Origin: an uncultured Clostridia bacterium
Lineage (GTDB): Bacteria > Bacillota > Clostridia > TANB77 > CAG-508
Length of the DNA stretch: 64,000 nt
NCBI GenBank assembly: GCA_948857205.1
Contig: CAQPRV010000041.1
Location: forward strand, 9,313-73,312
Reading direction: 5' to 3'
This document shows, piece by piece, positions 10,289 to 20,415 of the stretch (the first letter of the stretch is position 1; the number at the start of each line of letters is the position of its first letter). The notes beneath the pieces were generated by a model. It saw only the letters and a list, made by a program, of their open reading frames with translations. It was not told the origin of the DNA and searched no databases. A program made the translations under genes and the position numbers.

Positions 10289-11008
10289 ATGGAAAACAAA
10301 ATTATTGCAGAAGGAAAAACAACTAATGAAGCCATAGAAAATGGACTAAAAATCTTAAAAGTTTCAAAAAACAAAGTAAATATAAAAGTATTAGAAAATG
10401 AAGAAAAAAGAAGTTTCTTTAGTATATTAGCTCCAAGAGTTGTAAAAGTAGAATTAACCTTAAAAGAAACAGAAAACAACGAAACAAAAAGCGAAAACAA
10501 AAACCAGAAAGAAAAGAACATCAAAAATACAATAGAATTAGCAGAAGAAGAACAAACTAAAGCAAAAGAGAATATAGAAGAATTTATAAAAGTTTTAATT
10601 GAAAAATTACCAGAAGATATAAAATATTCTATAAATAGTGACAAAAATGGCCTAAAAGTAGAATTAACAGGAGAAGATATAGGATATTTAATAGGGTATA
10701 GAGGAGAAACCTTATATGCTATTCAAAATATTTTGTCATCAGTAGCTGGAAAAGGGATTAAAAATAGAGTTAGAGTAATTTTAGACATTGAAGGATACAA
10801 AAATAAAAGAGAGAAAACACTAGAAGATTTAGCAAAAAAAGTTGCATACACTGTAATAAAAAATAAAAAACCTGTAAAATTAGAACCTATGACAGCATAT
10901 GAAAGAAAAATTATTCATAGTATATTACAAGAAAATAATAAGGTTGAAACAAATAGTGTTGGTGAAGAACCACATAGAAGAATTGTAATTTCTTTAAAAA
11001 ATAAGTAA
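10289..11008 (+). CDS. jag: Jag/KhpB-type KH+R3H RNA-binding protein
   Basis: 239 aa, C-terminal R3H (…YERKIIHSILQEN…VETNSVGEEPHRRIVI); conserved position after yidC. Confidence 0.85.
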   Translation: MENKIIAEGKTTNEAIENGLKILKVSKNKVNIKVLENEEKRSFFSILAPRVVKVELTLKETENNETKSENKNQKEKNIKNTIELAEEEQTKAKENIEEFIKVLIEKLPEDIKYSINSDKNGLKVELTGEDIGYLIGYRGETLYAIQNILSSVAGKGIKNRVRVILDIEGYKNKREKTLEDLAKKVAYTVIKNKKPVKLEPMTAYERKIIHSILQENNKVETNSVGEEPHRRIVISLKNK

Positions 11009-11377
11009 ATATGTATTAAAATCAGAGGTCAAAGGTCGGATTTTACTATTAATGTAATATCTATTTTTGTCTTCTTTTTTTATATAATGGAGAGTCATAC
11101 TTTCATATTGTATAAAAAGCTACAATCTTTCTAATTACTTTACTATATTATATATTTTAAATTAATTATGAATGTAAACGTAAGCATAGTACAAATTCTT
11201 AAGTTAACAGATGGGAGAATCTCAAACTTGCTTTGAGAGGGGCCTATTTGTTAATTATAGAATTTGTATATGATGAAGTGCAACCGAATAATTAATTTAA
11301 AATATATAATATAGTAAAGTAAAATTAAATAACAAAATAAAGGAGGGAAAAGATATATAAGTTATATATCGTAAAAT

Positions 11378-12749
11378 ATGGATACAATTGCATCAATATC
11401 TACAGCACCACGGAATTGGAGGAATAGGAATAATAAGAATGAGTGGTGAAGATAGTTTTAAAATACTAGAAAAAATCTTCAAGCCAAAAAACAAACAAAA
11501 CTTAGAAGAAATAAAAGGATATAGAATAAAATATGGAAACATAGTAGCTTCAGAAAAGGTAATTGATGAAGTATTAGTTTCGTACTTCAAAGCACCAAAA
11601 AGTTACACAACAGAAAATATGTGCGAAATTAATTCACATGGAGGAAATATTATAGTAAAAGAAATATTAGAATTATGCTTAAAAAATGGTGCAAGACTTG
11701 CAGAGCCAGGGGAATTTACAAAAAGAGCCTTTTTAAATGGAAGAATAGACTTATTACAAGCAGAATCAGTAATAGACATAATAAATGCAAAATCTAAAAA
11801 AGAAGTTAGAGAAGGAATAAAACAATTAGAAGGTTATCTTTCAAAAGAAATAAAAGAAATAAAACAAGAAATAATGGATGTAACAATAAATATGGAAGTG
11901 TCTATTGATTATCCAGAATATGATGTAGATGAAGTTACAATAAATCAAATATCTAACATGATAAACAGAGTAGAAATGAAGTTAAGGAAGTTAGAAGAAA
12001 GCTTTGAGAATGGAAAAATAATAAAAGAGGGAATAAAAACAGTAATATTAGGAAAGCCAAATGCAGGTAAATCATCTTTATTAAATGCTATATTGAAAGA
12101 AGAAAGAGCAATTGTAACAGAATATGAAGGAACAACAAGAGATACCATAGAGGAATTTGTTACTATAAAGGGAATCCCCTTGAAACTAGTAGATACTGCA
12201 GGTATAAGAAATGCAAAAGACGAAGTAGAAAAAATAGGAATAAAGAAATCGAAAGAGTTAGCAGAACAAGCAGATTTAATAATAGCAATATTTGATAGTT
12301 CTAAAGAATTATCAAAAGAAGATATAGAAATTTTAGAAATTTTAAAAAATAAAAAATCTATTATAATTTTAAATAAAATTGATTTAGAGCCAAAATTAAA
12401 CGAAGAGACTTTGGAATTAAAAGAATTAAATAAAAAGATTATTAAAATATCAGCCTTAAATAATATAGGAATAGAAGAATTATATGATGAAATAGCTAAT
12501 TTATTTAATTTAAATGAAATAAATTTAGATAATGAAATAGTGATAACAAATTTACGTCATAAAGCTTTAATATCAAAAGCTTTAGAAAGTATATCAAAAA
12601 CAAAAGATGCTATAACAAATAATATGCCAATAGACATTATATCAATATTTATAAAAGATATTTTAGAGAATTTATCAAATATTACAGGAGAAATAGTAAG
12701 TGAAGATATAATTGATGAAATTTTTGCTAAATTCTGTTTAGGAAAATGA
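11378..12749 (+). CDS. mnmE: tRNA modification GTPase MnmE (apparent 1-nt frameshift near codon 12)
   Basis: Hallmark N-terminus MDTIASISTAP is in the frame starting at ATG 11378 and stops after 23 codons. The rest (GIGGIGIIRMSG…G-domain GKPNAGKSSLLN…C-term CLGK) is in the +1 frame, which the track opens at TTG 11388. Confidence 0.85.
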
Positions 12750-13096
12750 TAAATTAGCACGAGAATCGAAAATAAGCAATTTTATAATATTAGGAATATA
12801 ATTTCATATAAGAAAAATAAAATTCATAAAATAAGGAATTTGAAAGGTAAGATATAAAAAACTAAAAAATAGATTTAAAAGTGTAAAAAACAATAATTTA
12901 CATAACAACAAAAACTAAAAAGTAAAATTAAACGTAATTTAAAAATAAAACACTTAAGGGCTAAATTTAGCTTATATCACCTGTAAAGTGATTATTTTAA
13001 ATGAAACTTAAAAGTAAATATATATATATATTACAAAAAAACACTAATTCTTGTTTCACGAGGAAAAGTAAAAAACAAAAAAAGAGGGAGAAAAAA

Positions 13097-14989
13097 ATGA
13101 GTTATTATGCAGGAGAATATGATATAGCTGTAGTTGGAGCAGGACATGCAGGATGTGAAGCTGCTTTGGCAGCTGCAAGGTTAGGAATGAAAACTTTAAT
13201 ATTTTCTATTAGTTTAGAAGCTATAGCAAATATGCCATGTAATCCACATATTGGAGGAAGTTCAAAAGGACATTTAGTTAGAGAAATTGACGCCTTAGGT
13301 GGAGAAATGGGAAAGAATATTGATAAGACTATGATACAAATAAAAATGTTAAATACTTCAAAGGGTCCAGCAGTACATTCTTTACGAGCACAAGCAGATA
13401 GAAAAAGATATCAAGCAGAAATGAAACATACCTTAGAAAAACAAAAAAATCTTGAAGTAAAACAAGGAGAAATTGTAAATGTAGAAGTCAAAGATGGAAA
13501 AATTGTTTCAATAGAAACAGATGTAGGAGCAATATATAAAGTTAAAGCAGTAATATTAGCTACAGGTACATACTTAAAGGGGAAAATATTTATAGGGGAC
13601 TATTCGAAAGAAAGTGGACCAGATGGAGTAGCAGCTGCAAATCAACTATCAAATTGTTTGAAAAATATAGGAATAGACTTAGTTAGATTTAAAACAGGAA
13701 CACCAGCAAGAATAAATAAAAAAAGCATAGATTTTACAAAAATGGAAGTTCAAAAGGGAGACAAGGGGATAGAAGCCTTTTCTTTTGAAAATGAACCAAA
13801 AGAATTTGAACAAGTAAATTGTTACTTAACTTATACAAATGAAAATACTCATAAAATAATTAAGGAAAACTTACACAGATCACCATTATATGCGGGTGTT
13901 ATTGAAGGAACAGGACCAAGATATTGTCCGTCAATTGAAGATAAAGTAGTTAGATTTAGTGACAAGCCTAGACATCAAGCCTTTGTTGAACCAGTTGGAT
14001 TAGATACAGAAGAAATGTATATACAAGGAATGAGCTCGTCTTTACCAGAAGATGTACAAATAGCATTATATCACACAATACCTGGACTAGAAAAGGCAGA
14101 ATTTACAAGACCAGCCTATGCAATAGAATATGATTGTATAGATCCATCAAACTTAAAATTATCTTTAGAATATAGAGGAATAGAAGGTTTATTTATGGCA
14201 GGTCAAATAAATGGAACTTCTGGATATGAAGAAGCTGCATGTCAGGGATTAATGGCAGGAATAAATGCAACACAAAAAATAAAAGGAAAAGAACCAATAA
14301 TTTTAGACAGAACACAAGGCTATATAGGTGTACTAATTGATGATATTGTTACTAAAGGAACAAAGGAGCCATATAGAATGATGACTTCAAGAGCAGAATA
14401 TAGATTATTATTAAGACAAGACAATGCAGATTTAAGACTAACAAAAATAGGGTATGAAGTAGGCTTAATAACCAAAGAAAGATATGAAAAATTTATAACA
14501 AAAAAAGAAAATATAGAAAAAGAAATAAAAAGACTTAAAGAATTGACTGTTAAACCAACAAAAGAGGTGAATGAATTACTTAAAAAATATGGAACCTCAG
14601 AACTAACTACAGGAACTAAAATGTCTGAACTATTAAAAAGAACAGAATTAGATTATAATAAACTTGAAGAAATAGACAAAGAAAGACCAAAACTTAGTAG
14701 ACAAGAAAGAGAAGAAGTGCAAATACAAATAAAATATGAGGGATATATAAAGTTGCAAGAGGAACAAGTAGAGAAATTTAAAAAACTTGAGAAGAAAGTA
14801 TTACCAGAAGATATAGATTACGAAAATTTAAAAGGGATATGTTTAGAAGCAAGACAAAAACTTAATAAATATAAACCACACTCAATTGGTCAAGCATCAA
14901 GAATATCGGGAGTTTCTCCAGCAGACATATCAGTACTATTAGTATATTTGCAACAAATAAATCAGGAAAGAAAAAAGGTTGAAAAATAA
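13097..14989 (+). CDS. mnmG: tRNA uridine 5-carboxymethylaminomethyl modification enzyme MnmG (GidA)
   Basis: [30 protein letters not shown] (FAD fold) with RBS AGAGGGAG. The track ORF starts 32 codons upstream at a low-complexity ATG. Confidence 0.95.
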   Translation: MSYYAGEYDIAVVGAGHAGCEAALAAARLGMKTLIFSISLEAIANMPCNPHIGGSSKGHLVREIDALGGEMGKNIDKTMIQIKMLNTSKGPAVHSLRAQADRKRYQAEMKHTLEKQKNLEVKQGEIVNVEVKDGKIVSIETDVGAIYKVKAVILATGTYLKGKIFIGDYSKESGPDGVAAANQLSNCLKNIGIDLVRFKTGTPARINKKSIDFTKMEVQKGDKGIEAFSFENEPKEFEQVNCYLTYTNENTHKIIKENLHRSPLYAGVIEGTGPRYCPSIEDKVVRFSDKPRHQAFVEPVGLDTEEMYIQGMSSSLPEDVQIALYHTIPGLEKAEFTRPAYAIEYDCIDPSNLKLSLEYRGIEGLFMAGQINGTSGYEEAACQGLMAGINATQKIKGKEPIILDRTQGYIGVLIDDIVTKGTKEPYRMMTSRAEYRLLLRQDNADLRLTKIGYEVGLITKERYEKFITKKENIEKEIKRLKELTVKPTKEVNELLKKYGTSELTTGTKMSELLKRTELDYNKLEEIDKERPKLSRQEREEVQIQIKYEGYIKLQEEQVEKFKKLEKKVLPEDIDYENLKGICLEARQKLNKYKPHSIGQASRISGVSPADISVLLVYLQQINQERKKVEK

Positions 14990-15062
14990 TTATAATTTTG
15001 GTGTCATTATACTGCATTTAAAATTTAATTCTTTTCGAACCACATTTGTACCTTAGGAAGGA

Positions 15063-15800
15063 ATGAAATTAAAGATGGATAAAGAAGAATTTGAAAATAT
15101 CTTAAAAAAAACTTCAAAAGAAATAAATATAGAGCTAAAAAAGGAACAAATAGAAAAATTTTTTCAATATATGAAATTATTATTAGAATGGAATGAAAAA
15201 ATAAACTTAACAACAATAACAGATCCAAAAGATATAATATTAAAACACTTTATAGACTCGTTAACAATACAAAAGTATATAAAAGAAAATTCATATTTAG
15301 TAGATGTTGGCACAGGAGCAGGATTTCCAGGCATACCTCTGAAAATATATAGAAAAGATATAAAAGTAGTGTTATTAGATTCTTTAAATAAAAGAATAAA
15401 CTTCTTAAACGAAGTATGTAAAGAGTTAGAACTAGAAAATATAAGTGCTATACATTCAAGAGCAGAAGAATTTGCTAAAAATAAAAAATATAGAGAAAAA
15501 TTTAATGTTGTTACCTCTAGAGCAGTAGCCAATTTAAGTACTTTAACTGAATATATGTTACCTTTAACAAAAATAGGAGGTATATGTATCTGTATGAAAG
15601 GAAAAGAGATAGAAGAAGAATTAAAGGATGCCAAAAAAGCTATTTGTGTTTTAGGAGGAACAGTAAAAGAAAAAAGAGAATTTTTTCTAAAGGGTGAAGA
15701 AAGAATATCAAGAAATATTATCTTATTAGAAAAGATAAAAACCACCCCTTCTAAATATCCTAGAAAAGCAGGAATGCCAAGTAAAGAACCATTAAAATGA
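15063..15800 (+). CDS. rsmG: 16S rRNA (guanine527-N7)-methyltransferase RsmG (GidB)
   Basis: 245 aa, SAM-MTase motif DVGTGAGFPGIPLKI; conserved mnmG-rsmG synteny. Start may be the Met 4 codons in. Confidence 0.9.
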   Translation: MKLKMDKEEFENILKKTSKEINIELKKEQIEKFFQYMKLLLEWNEKINLTTITDPKDIILKHFIDSLTIQKYIKENSYLVDVGTGAGFPGIPLKIYRKDIKVVLLDSLNKRINFLNEVCKELELENISAIHSRAEEFAKNKKYREKFNVVTSRAVANLSTLTEYMLPLTKIGGICICMKGKEIEEELKDAKKAICVLGGTVKEKREFFLKGEERISRNIILLEKIKTTPSKYPRKAGMPSKEPLK

Positions 15801-15826
15801 TTTTAGGGACGGAGGAAAAAATCATT
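15796..15826. repeat. palindromic unit type 1 (AATGATTTT-AGGGACGGAGGAA-AAAATCATT)
   Basis: 9-bp stems flanking loop with GGGACGGAGG; overlaps rsmG stop; inverted partner at 16251-16281. Confidence 0.6.
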
Positions 15827-16250
15827 ATATGTTAATTATTTTTATAGATTTTTTTATATTTAATAATTTAACAAAGTTGATACCTTATAAAGAAATTATT
15901 ATGAGGTATCAATTTTATTATATAATAAGAAGGTCATGCTAACTTGCTTGCTATATAAAATATTTCTATATAAAAGTATTTTAATAGGTTAAGAATTTTA
16001 GTAGACTTAATAAATATTAATTTAAAGATAAATGCATAAATTTGCCCTGTTCTAAACTTAAAAGATTGAAAGAAATTTTAATATTATTCTATGATCTAAT
16101 TCAAGCATAAAGAAAATATAATAAACTAAATCCAACACATTTTACCTATTACTTCTAGTGATTTTCAAATAGTATTAAAATATAAAAGCATAATATAGCT
16201 ATTTTTACTATAAACTATTTCCACAAGAACTGTTTAATTTAATAAAAAGC

Positions 16251-16281
16251 CATGATTTTTTCCTCCGTCCCCAAAATCATT
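16251..16281. repeat. palindromic unit type 1, inverted copy (CATGATTTT-TTCCTCCGTCCCC-AAAATCATT)
   Basis: Reverse complement of the 15796 unit; together they bracket a 424-bp ORF-free AT-rich segment upstream of parA. Confidence 0.6.
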
Positions 16282-16389
16282 TAAAAATTTAAAAGCGTAT
16301 TGACTTTTTCGAAATATTTTTATATTATATGTATATATGAAAGAAAGTAACTAATGAGTAAAAAATAACCAAAAATGGAGGCAATTAAA

Positions 16390-17178
16390 TTGGGAAAAAT
16401 AATATCAGTAGCTAATCAAAAAGGTGGTGTTGGTAAAACAACAACAACTGTAAATTTATGTACAATACTAGCAAAAAAGAATAAAAGAGTTCTATTAATA
16501 GATGCAGATCCACAGGGGAATGCAACAAGTGGTTTAGGAGTAGAAAAGGAAGTTGAAATTTCTACCTATGACATTTTAGTTAATGATATTGAAATTAAAG
16601 ATGCAATACAATTGACGTCAATAAGAAATTTAGAAATATGTCCTGCAAATATGAATTTGGCTGGAGCAGAAGTAGAATTAGTATCTATGATGTCTAGAGA
16701 ACAAAGATTAAAAGAGAAATTAGAAAAAGTAAAAGAAAATTATGAATATATATTTATAGATTGTCCACCATCCTTAGGATTAATTACACTAAATTCCTTT
16801 ACAGCATCTGAAAGTGTATTAATACCAGTACAATGCGAATATTTTGCATTAGAAGGTTTAGGACAATTATTAAATACAATTAATTTAGTAAAAAAACATC
16901 TAAACAAAGAAATACAAATAGAAGGTGCTTTATTAACAATGTATGATATAAGAACAAACCTTTCTAATCAAGTTGTAAAAGAAGTAAAAAAATACTTTGG
17001 AGACAAAGTATACAAAACAGTTATACCAAGAAATGTAAAATTAAGTGAAGCACCAAGCTATGGAATGCCTATTACAGAGTATGATTCAAGGTCAAAAGGT
17101 GCAAAGAGTTACATTAAATTTGCAAAAGAATTTCAAAAAATAAATGATGAAGAGAAGAAATTAAAACACATAAACTAA
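16390..17178 (+). CDS. parA: chromosome partitioning ATPase ParA/Soj
   Basis: …GKIISVANQKGGVGKTTTTVNL… deviant Walker A. I prefer the TTG start at 16390 (MGKII… with GGAGG 7 nt upstream). The track ORF starts at ATG 16375, which sits inside that RBS. Confidence 0.9.
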   Translation: MGKIISVANQKGGVGKTTTTVNLCTILAKKNKRVLLIDADPQGNATSGLGVEKEVEISTYDILVNDIEIKDAIQLTSIRNLEICPANMNLAGAEVELVSMMSREQRLKEKLEKVKENYEYIFIDCPPSLGLITLNSFTASESVLIPVQCEYFALEGLGQLLNTINLVKKHLNKEIQIEGALLTMYDIRTNLSNQVVKEVKKYFGDKVYKTVIPRNVKLSEAPSYGMPITEYDSRSKGAKSYIKFAKEFQKINDEEKKLKHIN

Positions 17179-17192
17179 AAGGAGGAATATAA

Positions 17193-18032
17193 ATGGCAAA
17201 AATGACTGGATTAGGAAAAGGATTAGATGCTTTATTTGGACAACCAACAGAGGAAGAAGAGATAAAAGAAAATGATATATTAAAGAATTTAAAAATAACA
17301 GAAGTAGAACCAAATAGAGATCAACCAAGAAAAAACTTTGACCAAGAAGCTTTAGAAGAATTAGCACAATCAATTAAAGAATATGGTTTAATACAACCTA
17401 TAATAGTAACAAAAAAGGATGGATATTATAGTATAGTTGCAGGTGAAAGAAGATGGAGAGCTTCAAAAATTGCTGGGCTTAAAGAAATACCAGCAATAAT
17501 AAGAGAAGATGATGAAAAAATAAATTCAGAAATATCACTAATAGAAAATATGCAAAGAGAAGACTTAAATCCATATGAAAAAGCTTTAGGAATAAGAACA
17601 CTAATAGACAATTATGGATTTTCACAGGAAGAAGTTGCAAGAAAACTAGGAAAAGGAAGAAGCACAATTGCAAATTGGGTAAGAGTATTAAATTTAGATC
17701 CACGAGTATTAGAAATGGCAAAACAAGGAAAGTTAACAGAAGGTCATTGTAAAGCACTACTTGCAATAACTGAACCAGAAAAACAATATCAAACTGCAAT
17801 ACAGATGTTAGAAAGAGGAGAGACAGTAAGACAAGTAGAAAAAAAATCAAAATTAAAAGAAACAAAAGAAGAGCAAACAAGAAATCATATATTATATAAA
17901 AGTATAGAAGATAATTTTCAAAGTTTTTTTGGAACAAAAGTAAAATTAGATGCTGGAAAACGTAGAGGAAAAATTATTATAGAATATACTTCAAATGATG
18001 ATTTAGAGAGAATTTTAGGATTAATTAAATAA
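17193..18032 (+). CDS. parB: chromosome partitioning protein ParB/Spo0J
   Basis: 279 aa, MAKMTGLGKGLDALFG…, GERRWRA motif, HTH. Confidence 0.92.
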   Translation: MAKMTGLGKGLDALFGQPTEEEEIKENDILKNLKITEVEPNRDQPRKNFDQEALEELAQSIKEYGLIQPIIVTKKDGYYSIVAGERRWRASKIAGLKEIPAIIREDDEKINSEISLIENMQREDLNPYEKALGIRTLIDNYGFSQEEVARKLGKGRSTIANWVRVLNLDPRVLEMAKQGKLTEGHCKALLAITEPEKQYQTAIQMLERGETVRQVEKKSKLKETKEEQTRNHILYKSIEDNFQSFFGTKVKLDAGKRRGKIIIEYTSNDDLERILGLIK

Positions 18033-18054
18033 TTTAGTAGGAGAAGGATATATT

Positions 18055-18564
18055 ATGGAAGATTTATTAGAAATATTAAAATCAGATAACTTTTTGTTAA
18101 TTTTATTTTGTTTAAATATAGTATTATTATTAATTTGTTTATTTAATATAATAAGTTATTCAAGATTAAATAAAAAATATAAAAACTTTATGAAAAAATT
18201 GGGTGAAGGAAAAAATATAGAAGAAGATTTAGAAAATTATATGTATCAAGTTAGAAAAGTAGAGGAAAAGAATGCAGAAATTGCAAATGATGTACATAAT
18301 ATAAAAAATGATTTAATAACTTGCATTAAAAAGGTTGGAGTAGTTAGATATAGTGCTTATGAAAATATGGGTAGTGACTTAAGTTTTACACTAGCTTTAT
18401 TAAATGAAGAAAATACTGGTGTTATATTAAATGGAATATATTCGAGAGAAATGTCAAATATTTATGCAAAACCAGTAGAAAAAGGAAATTCAACTTATAC
18501 TTTATCAAAAGAAGAAAACGAAGCAATTACTAAGGCTGTAAATATATACAAAAAACAAAAATAA
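18055..18564 (+). CDS. DUF4446-like membrane protein conserved downstream of parB
   Basis: 169 aa, N-terminal TM helix, conserved synteny after spo0J in low-GC Firmicutes (assignment by synteny/shape, not motif). Confidence 0.5.
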   Translation: MEDLLEILKSDNFLLILFCLNIVLLLICLFNIISYSRLNKKYKNFMKKLGEGKNIEEDLENYMYQVRKVEEKNAEIANDVHNIKNDLITCIKKVGVVRYSAYENMGSDLSFTLALLNEENTGVILNGIYSREMSNIYAKPVEKGNSTYTLSKEENEAITKAVNIYKKQK

Positions 18565-18585
18565 GTTTTCATAAGGAGATAAATT

Positions 18586-19059
18586 ATGAAGAGAATAGAG
18601 TTAAGAAGATATACAGAGGACGATTTAGAGGATTATTTTAAATTAGTTAATAATGAAGAAGTGAAACAATTTTTACCATATATGTATTGTAATAATATAA
18701 AGGTCGCAAAAGCAATTTTAAAAAGAAAAATAGAAGTAGATATTAATAAAAAAAGAATTTATGCAATTGAAAATATAAAAGAAAAACATGTAATAGGGGA
18801 AATTGCAGTTGTAATTAAAGATAAAACTGCAGAAGTAGAATTCATGATAAATTCAGAGTATAGAGGAAAAGGCTATTCACAAGAAGCTTTTATAGCTTTG
18901 CTTGATATTATTAGGAGTGAAAATCTAAGTATAAATAAAATCAAAGCCTTAGTAATGGAAGAAAATAAAAGTTCAAGAAAAATGCTAAGTAAATTGGAAT
19001 TTGAAACAAAGAAACAGGAAATAGGACAAGAATATATTGAATATGAAAGGGATATATAA
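18586..19059 (+). CDS. GNAT family N-acetyltransferase
   Basis: 157 aa, acetyl-CoA binding motif …INSEYRGKGYSQEA…. Confidence 0.75.
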   Translation: MKRIELRRYTEDDLEDYFKLVNNEEVKQFLPYMYCNNIKVAKAILKRKIEVDINKKRIYAIENIKEKHVIGEIAVVIKDKTAEVEFMINSEYRGKGYSQEAFIALLDIIRSENLSINKIKALVMEENKSSRKMLSKLEFETKKQEIGQEYIEYERDI

Positions 19060-19074
19060 TCACTAAATCAATAA

Positions 19075-19116
19075 AATATCCACATTTTATTGATAATATG
19101 TGGATATATTGTTTTT
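19075..19116 (+). terminator. rho-independent terminator (AATATCCACAT / ATGTGGATATT, 11-bp stem + GTTTTT)
   Basis: Perfect 11-bp inverted repeat, 12-nt loop, T-run; directly after GNAT gene stop. Confidence 0.6.
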
Positions 19117-19208
19117 AAAAGGAAATACTACTTATATATAAAAAATCAAAATTTCTATTGACAAACATGTTTAAAAATGCTAATATAATTATTGTCATAG
19201 AGACATAT

Positions 19209-19298
<90 letters not shown>

Positions 19299-19354
19299 AA
19301 ATAAGTTAGATATAATGCATAGAAAGATATATCTAACTTTTATTTATAAAAAAT

Positions 19355-19444
19355 GTAGGTGTACCCAAGTGGTGAAGGGGGCAGTTTGCTAAACTGCTAG
19401 GTCTCGTAAGGGGCGCGGAGGTTCGAACCCTCTCACCTACGCCA
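19355..19444 (+). tRNA. tRNA-Ser (anticodon GCT), class II with long variable arm
   Basis: GTAGGTG…CACCTAC acceptor, anticodon stem-loop GCAGT-TTGCTAA-ACTGC, long variable arm, GGTTCGAACCC, GCCA end. Confidence 0.85.
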
Positions 19445-19652
19445 AACCATTATTTTATATTGTAACTTTTTATATTTTTCAATAAAAGGAATTAAAGAGA
19501 ATTAAGAGTAAAAAAATAGTAAAGAATAAAAAGTACAAAATATATTCCTATGACAGTAAATTTATAATTTCTATAATTAAATTGTAAAGATATCTAAAAT
19601 GTAGTATACTATGTGTAGTGTACTACATTTTAAGTATTGGAGGGAATGTAGA

Positions 19653-19787
19653 ATGAGTGAGAAAGTATATAGTATAGAAGAAATATTTAACAAAAACATA
19701 GATGGATTTGAAAAATCAGAAATTGAAGAAAATTCAAAAATAGATAAAGAAATAAAAAAGACAGGAGTAGTAGTTTATGAAAAGTAA
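19653..19787 (+). CDS. small acidic protein (44 aa) directly upstream of hepT-like gene; possible non-canonical partner
   Basis: ATG with RBS GGAGGG; preceded by near-palindrome ATGTAGTATACTATGTGTAGTGTACTACAT (19598-19627); 22 nt before next gene. Confidence 0.35.
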   Translation: MSEKVYSIEEIFNKNIDGFEKSEIEENSKIDKEIKKTGVVVYEK

Positions 19788-19809
19788 ATAATATATATCA
19801 TTACAAAAA

Positions 19810-20121
19810 ATGATAGAATATATAGATAAATCAATAGTATATACAGAAGGTTATACATTTGAGGGATTTTGTAATGATAGTAAAACTGTAGATGCAACAG
19901 TATTTATTATTAGTCAAATAGGACAATTAATTAAAAATATTTCAAAAGAAACTATGGAAAAATATTCTAATATAGAATGGAACATGATAAAAAGTTTAAG
20001 AAATAGAATTGTTCATAATTATGAAGGAATAATTTTAAAGAGTGTATGGCATGTAGTAAAGGTAGATATTATAGAATTAAAAAAAGAAATACAAAATATT
20101 ATTGAAACAGAAAAAGATTAA
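19810..20121 (+). CDS. HepT/DUF86-like (HEPN-fold) toxin-family protein
   Basis: 103 aa; Rx4HxY motif in RNRIVHNYEG; size and motif placement typical of DUF86. Confidence 0.6.
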   Translation: MIEYIDKSIVYTEGYTFEGFCNDSKTVDATVFIISQIGQLIKNISKETMEKYSNIEWNMIKSLRNRIVHNYEGIILKSVWHVVKVDIIELKKEIQNIIETEKD

Positions 20122-20415
20122 TAAATAAGAGTTTTAGTGAATTTTTAAGTGATAAATGGAAAATAACTAGATTTTTACTTTTTTAGTCGAAAGCTCAAAT
20201 TGTGCAAGAACAAATTAAGGATGAATCTTTGATATTTCTTATTTTTTATTAAAATAAAAAGAAGTTATATTATATTTAGAAAGCTAATAAAAATAATTAA
20301 TAATGGAGATAAATAGCTAAAACGTTAAGATATAAAAAACAAAAGTTATTAATGAGTATTGAACAAAGTCGAAAAAAGAGATATAATTAAATAAAAAGGG
20401 ATAAGGAGAATTAAT

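Noticed and set aside
11009-11377. Possible structured RNA leader upstream of mnmE (…GGGAGAATCTCAAACTTGCTTTGAGAGGGGCC…)
   Set aside because: It is a single short hairpin with no recognisable riboswitch or T-box consensus, which is not enough to call a feature.
13040-13062. TGTTTCACGAGG resembling half of a parS site
   Set aside because: Only one arm matches the TGTTNCACGTGAAACA palindrome, and it lies inside the mnmG leader. I found no full parS site in the window.
19075-19108. Inverted ATATCCACA / TGTGGATAT pair resembling convergent DnaA boxes
   Set aside because: Each arm has one mismatch to the box consensus. The pair forms an 11-bp stem plus T-run directly after a stop codon, so a rho-independent terminator is the simpler reading.
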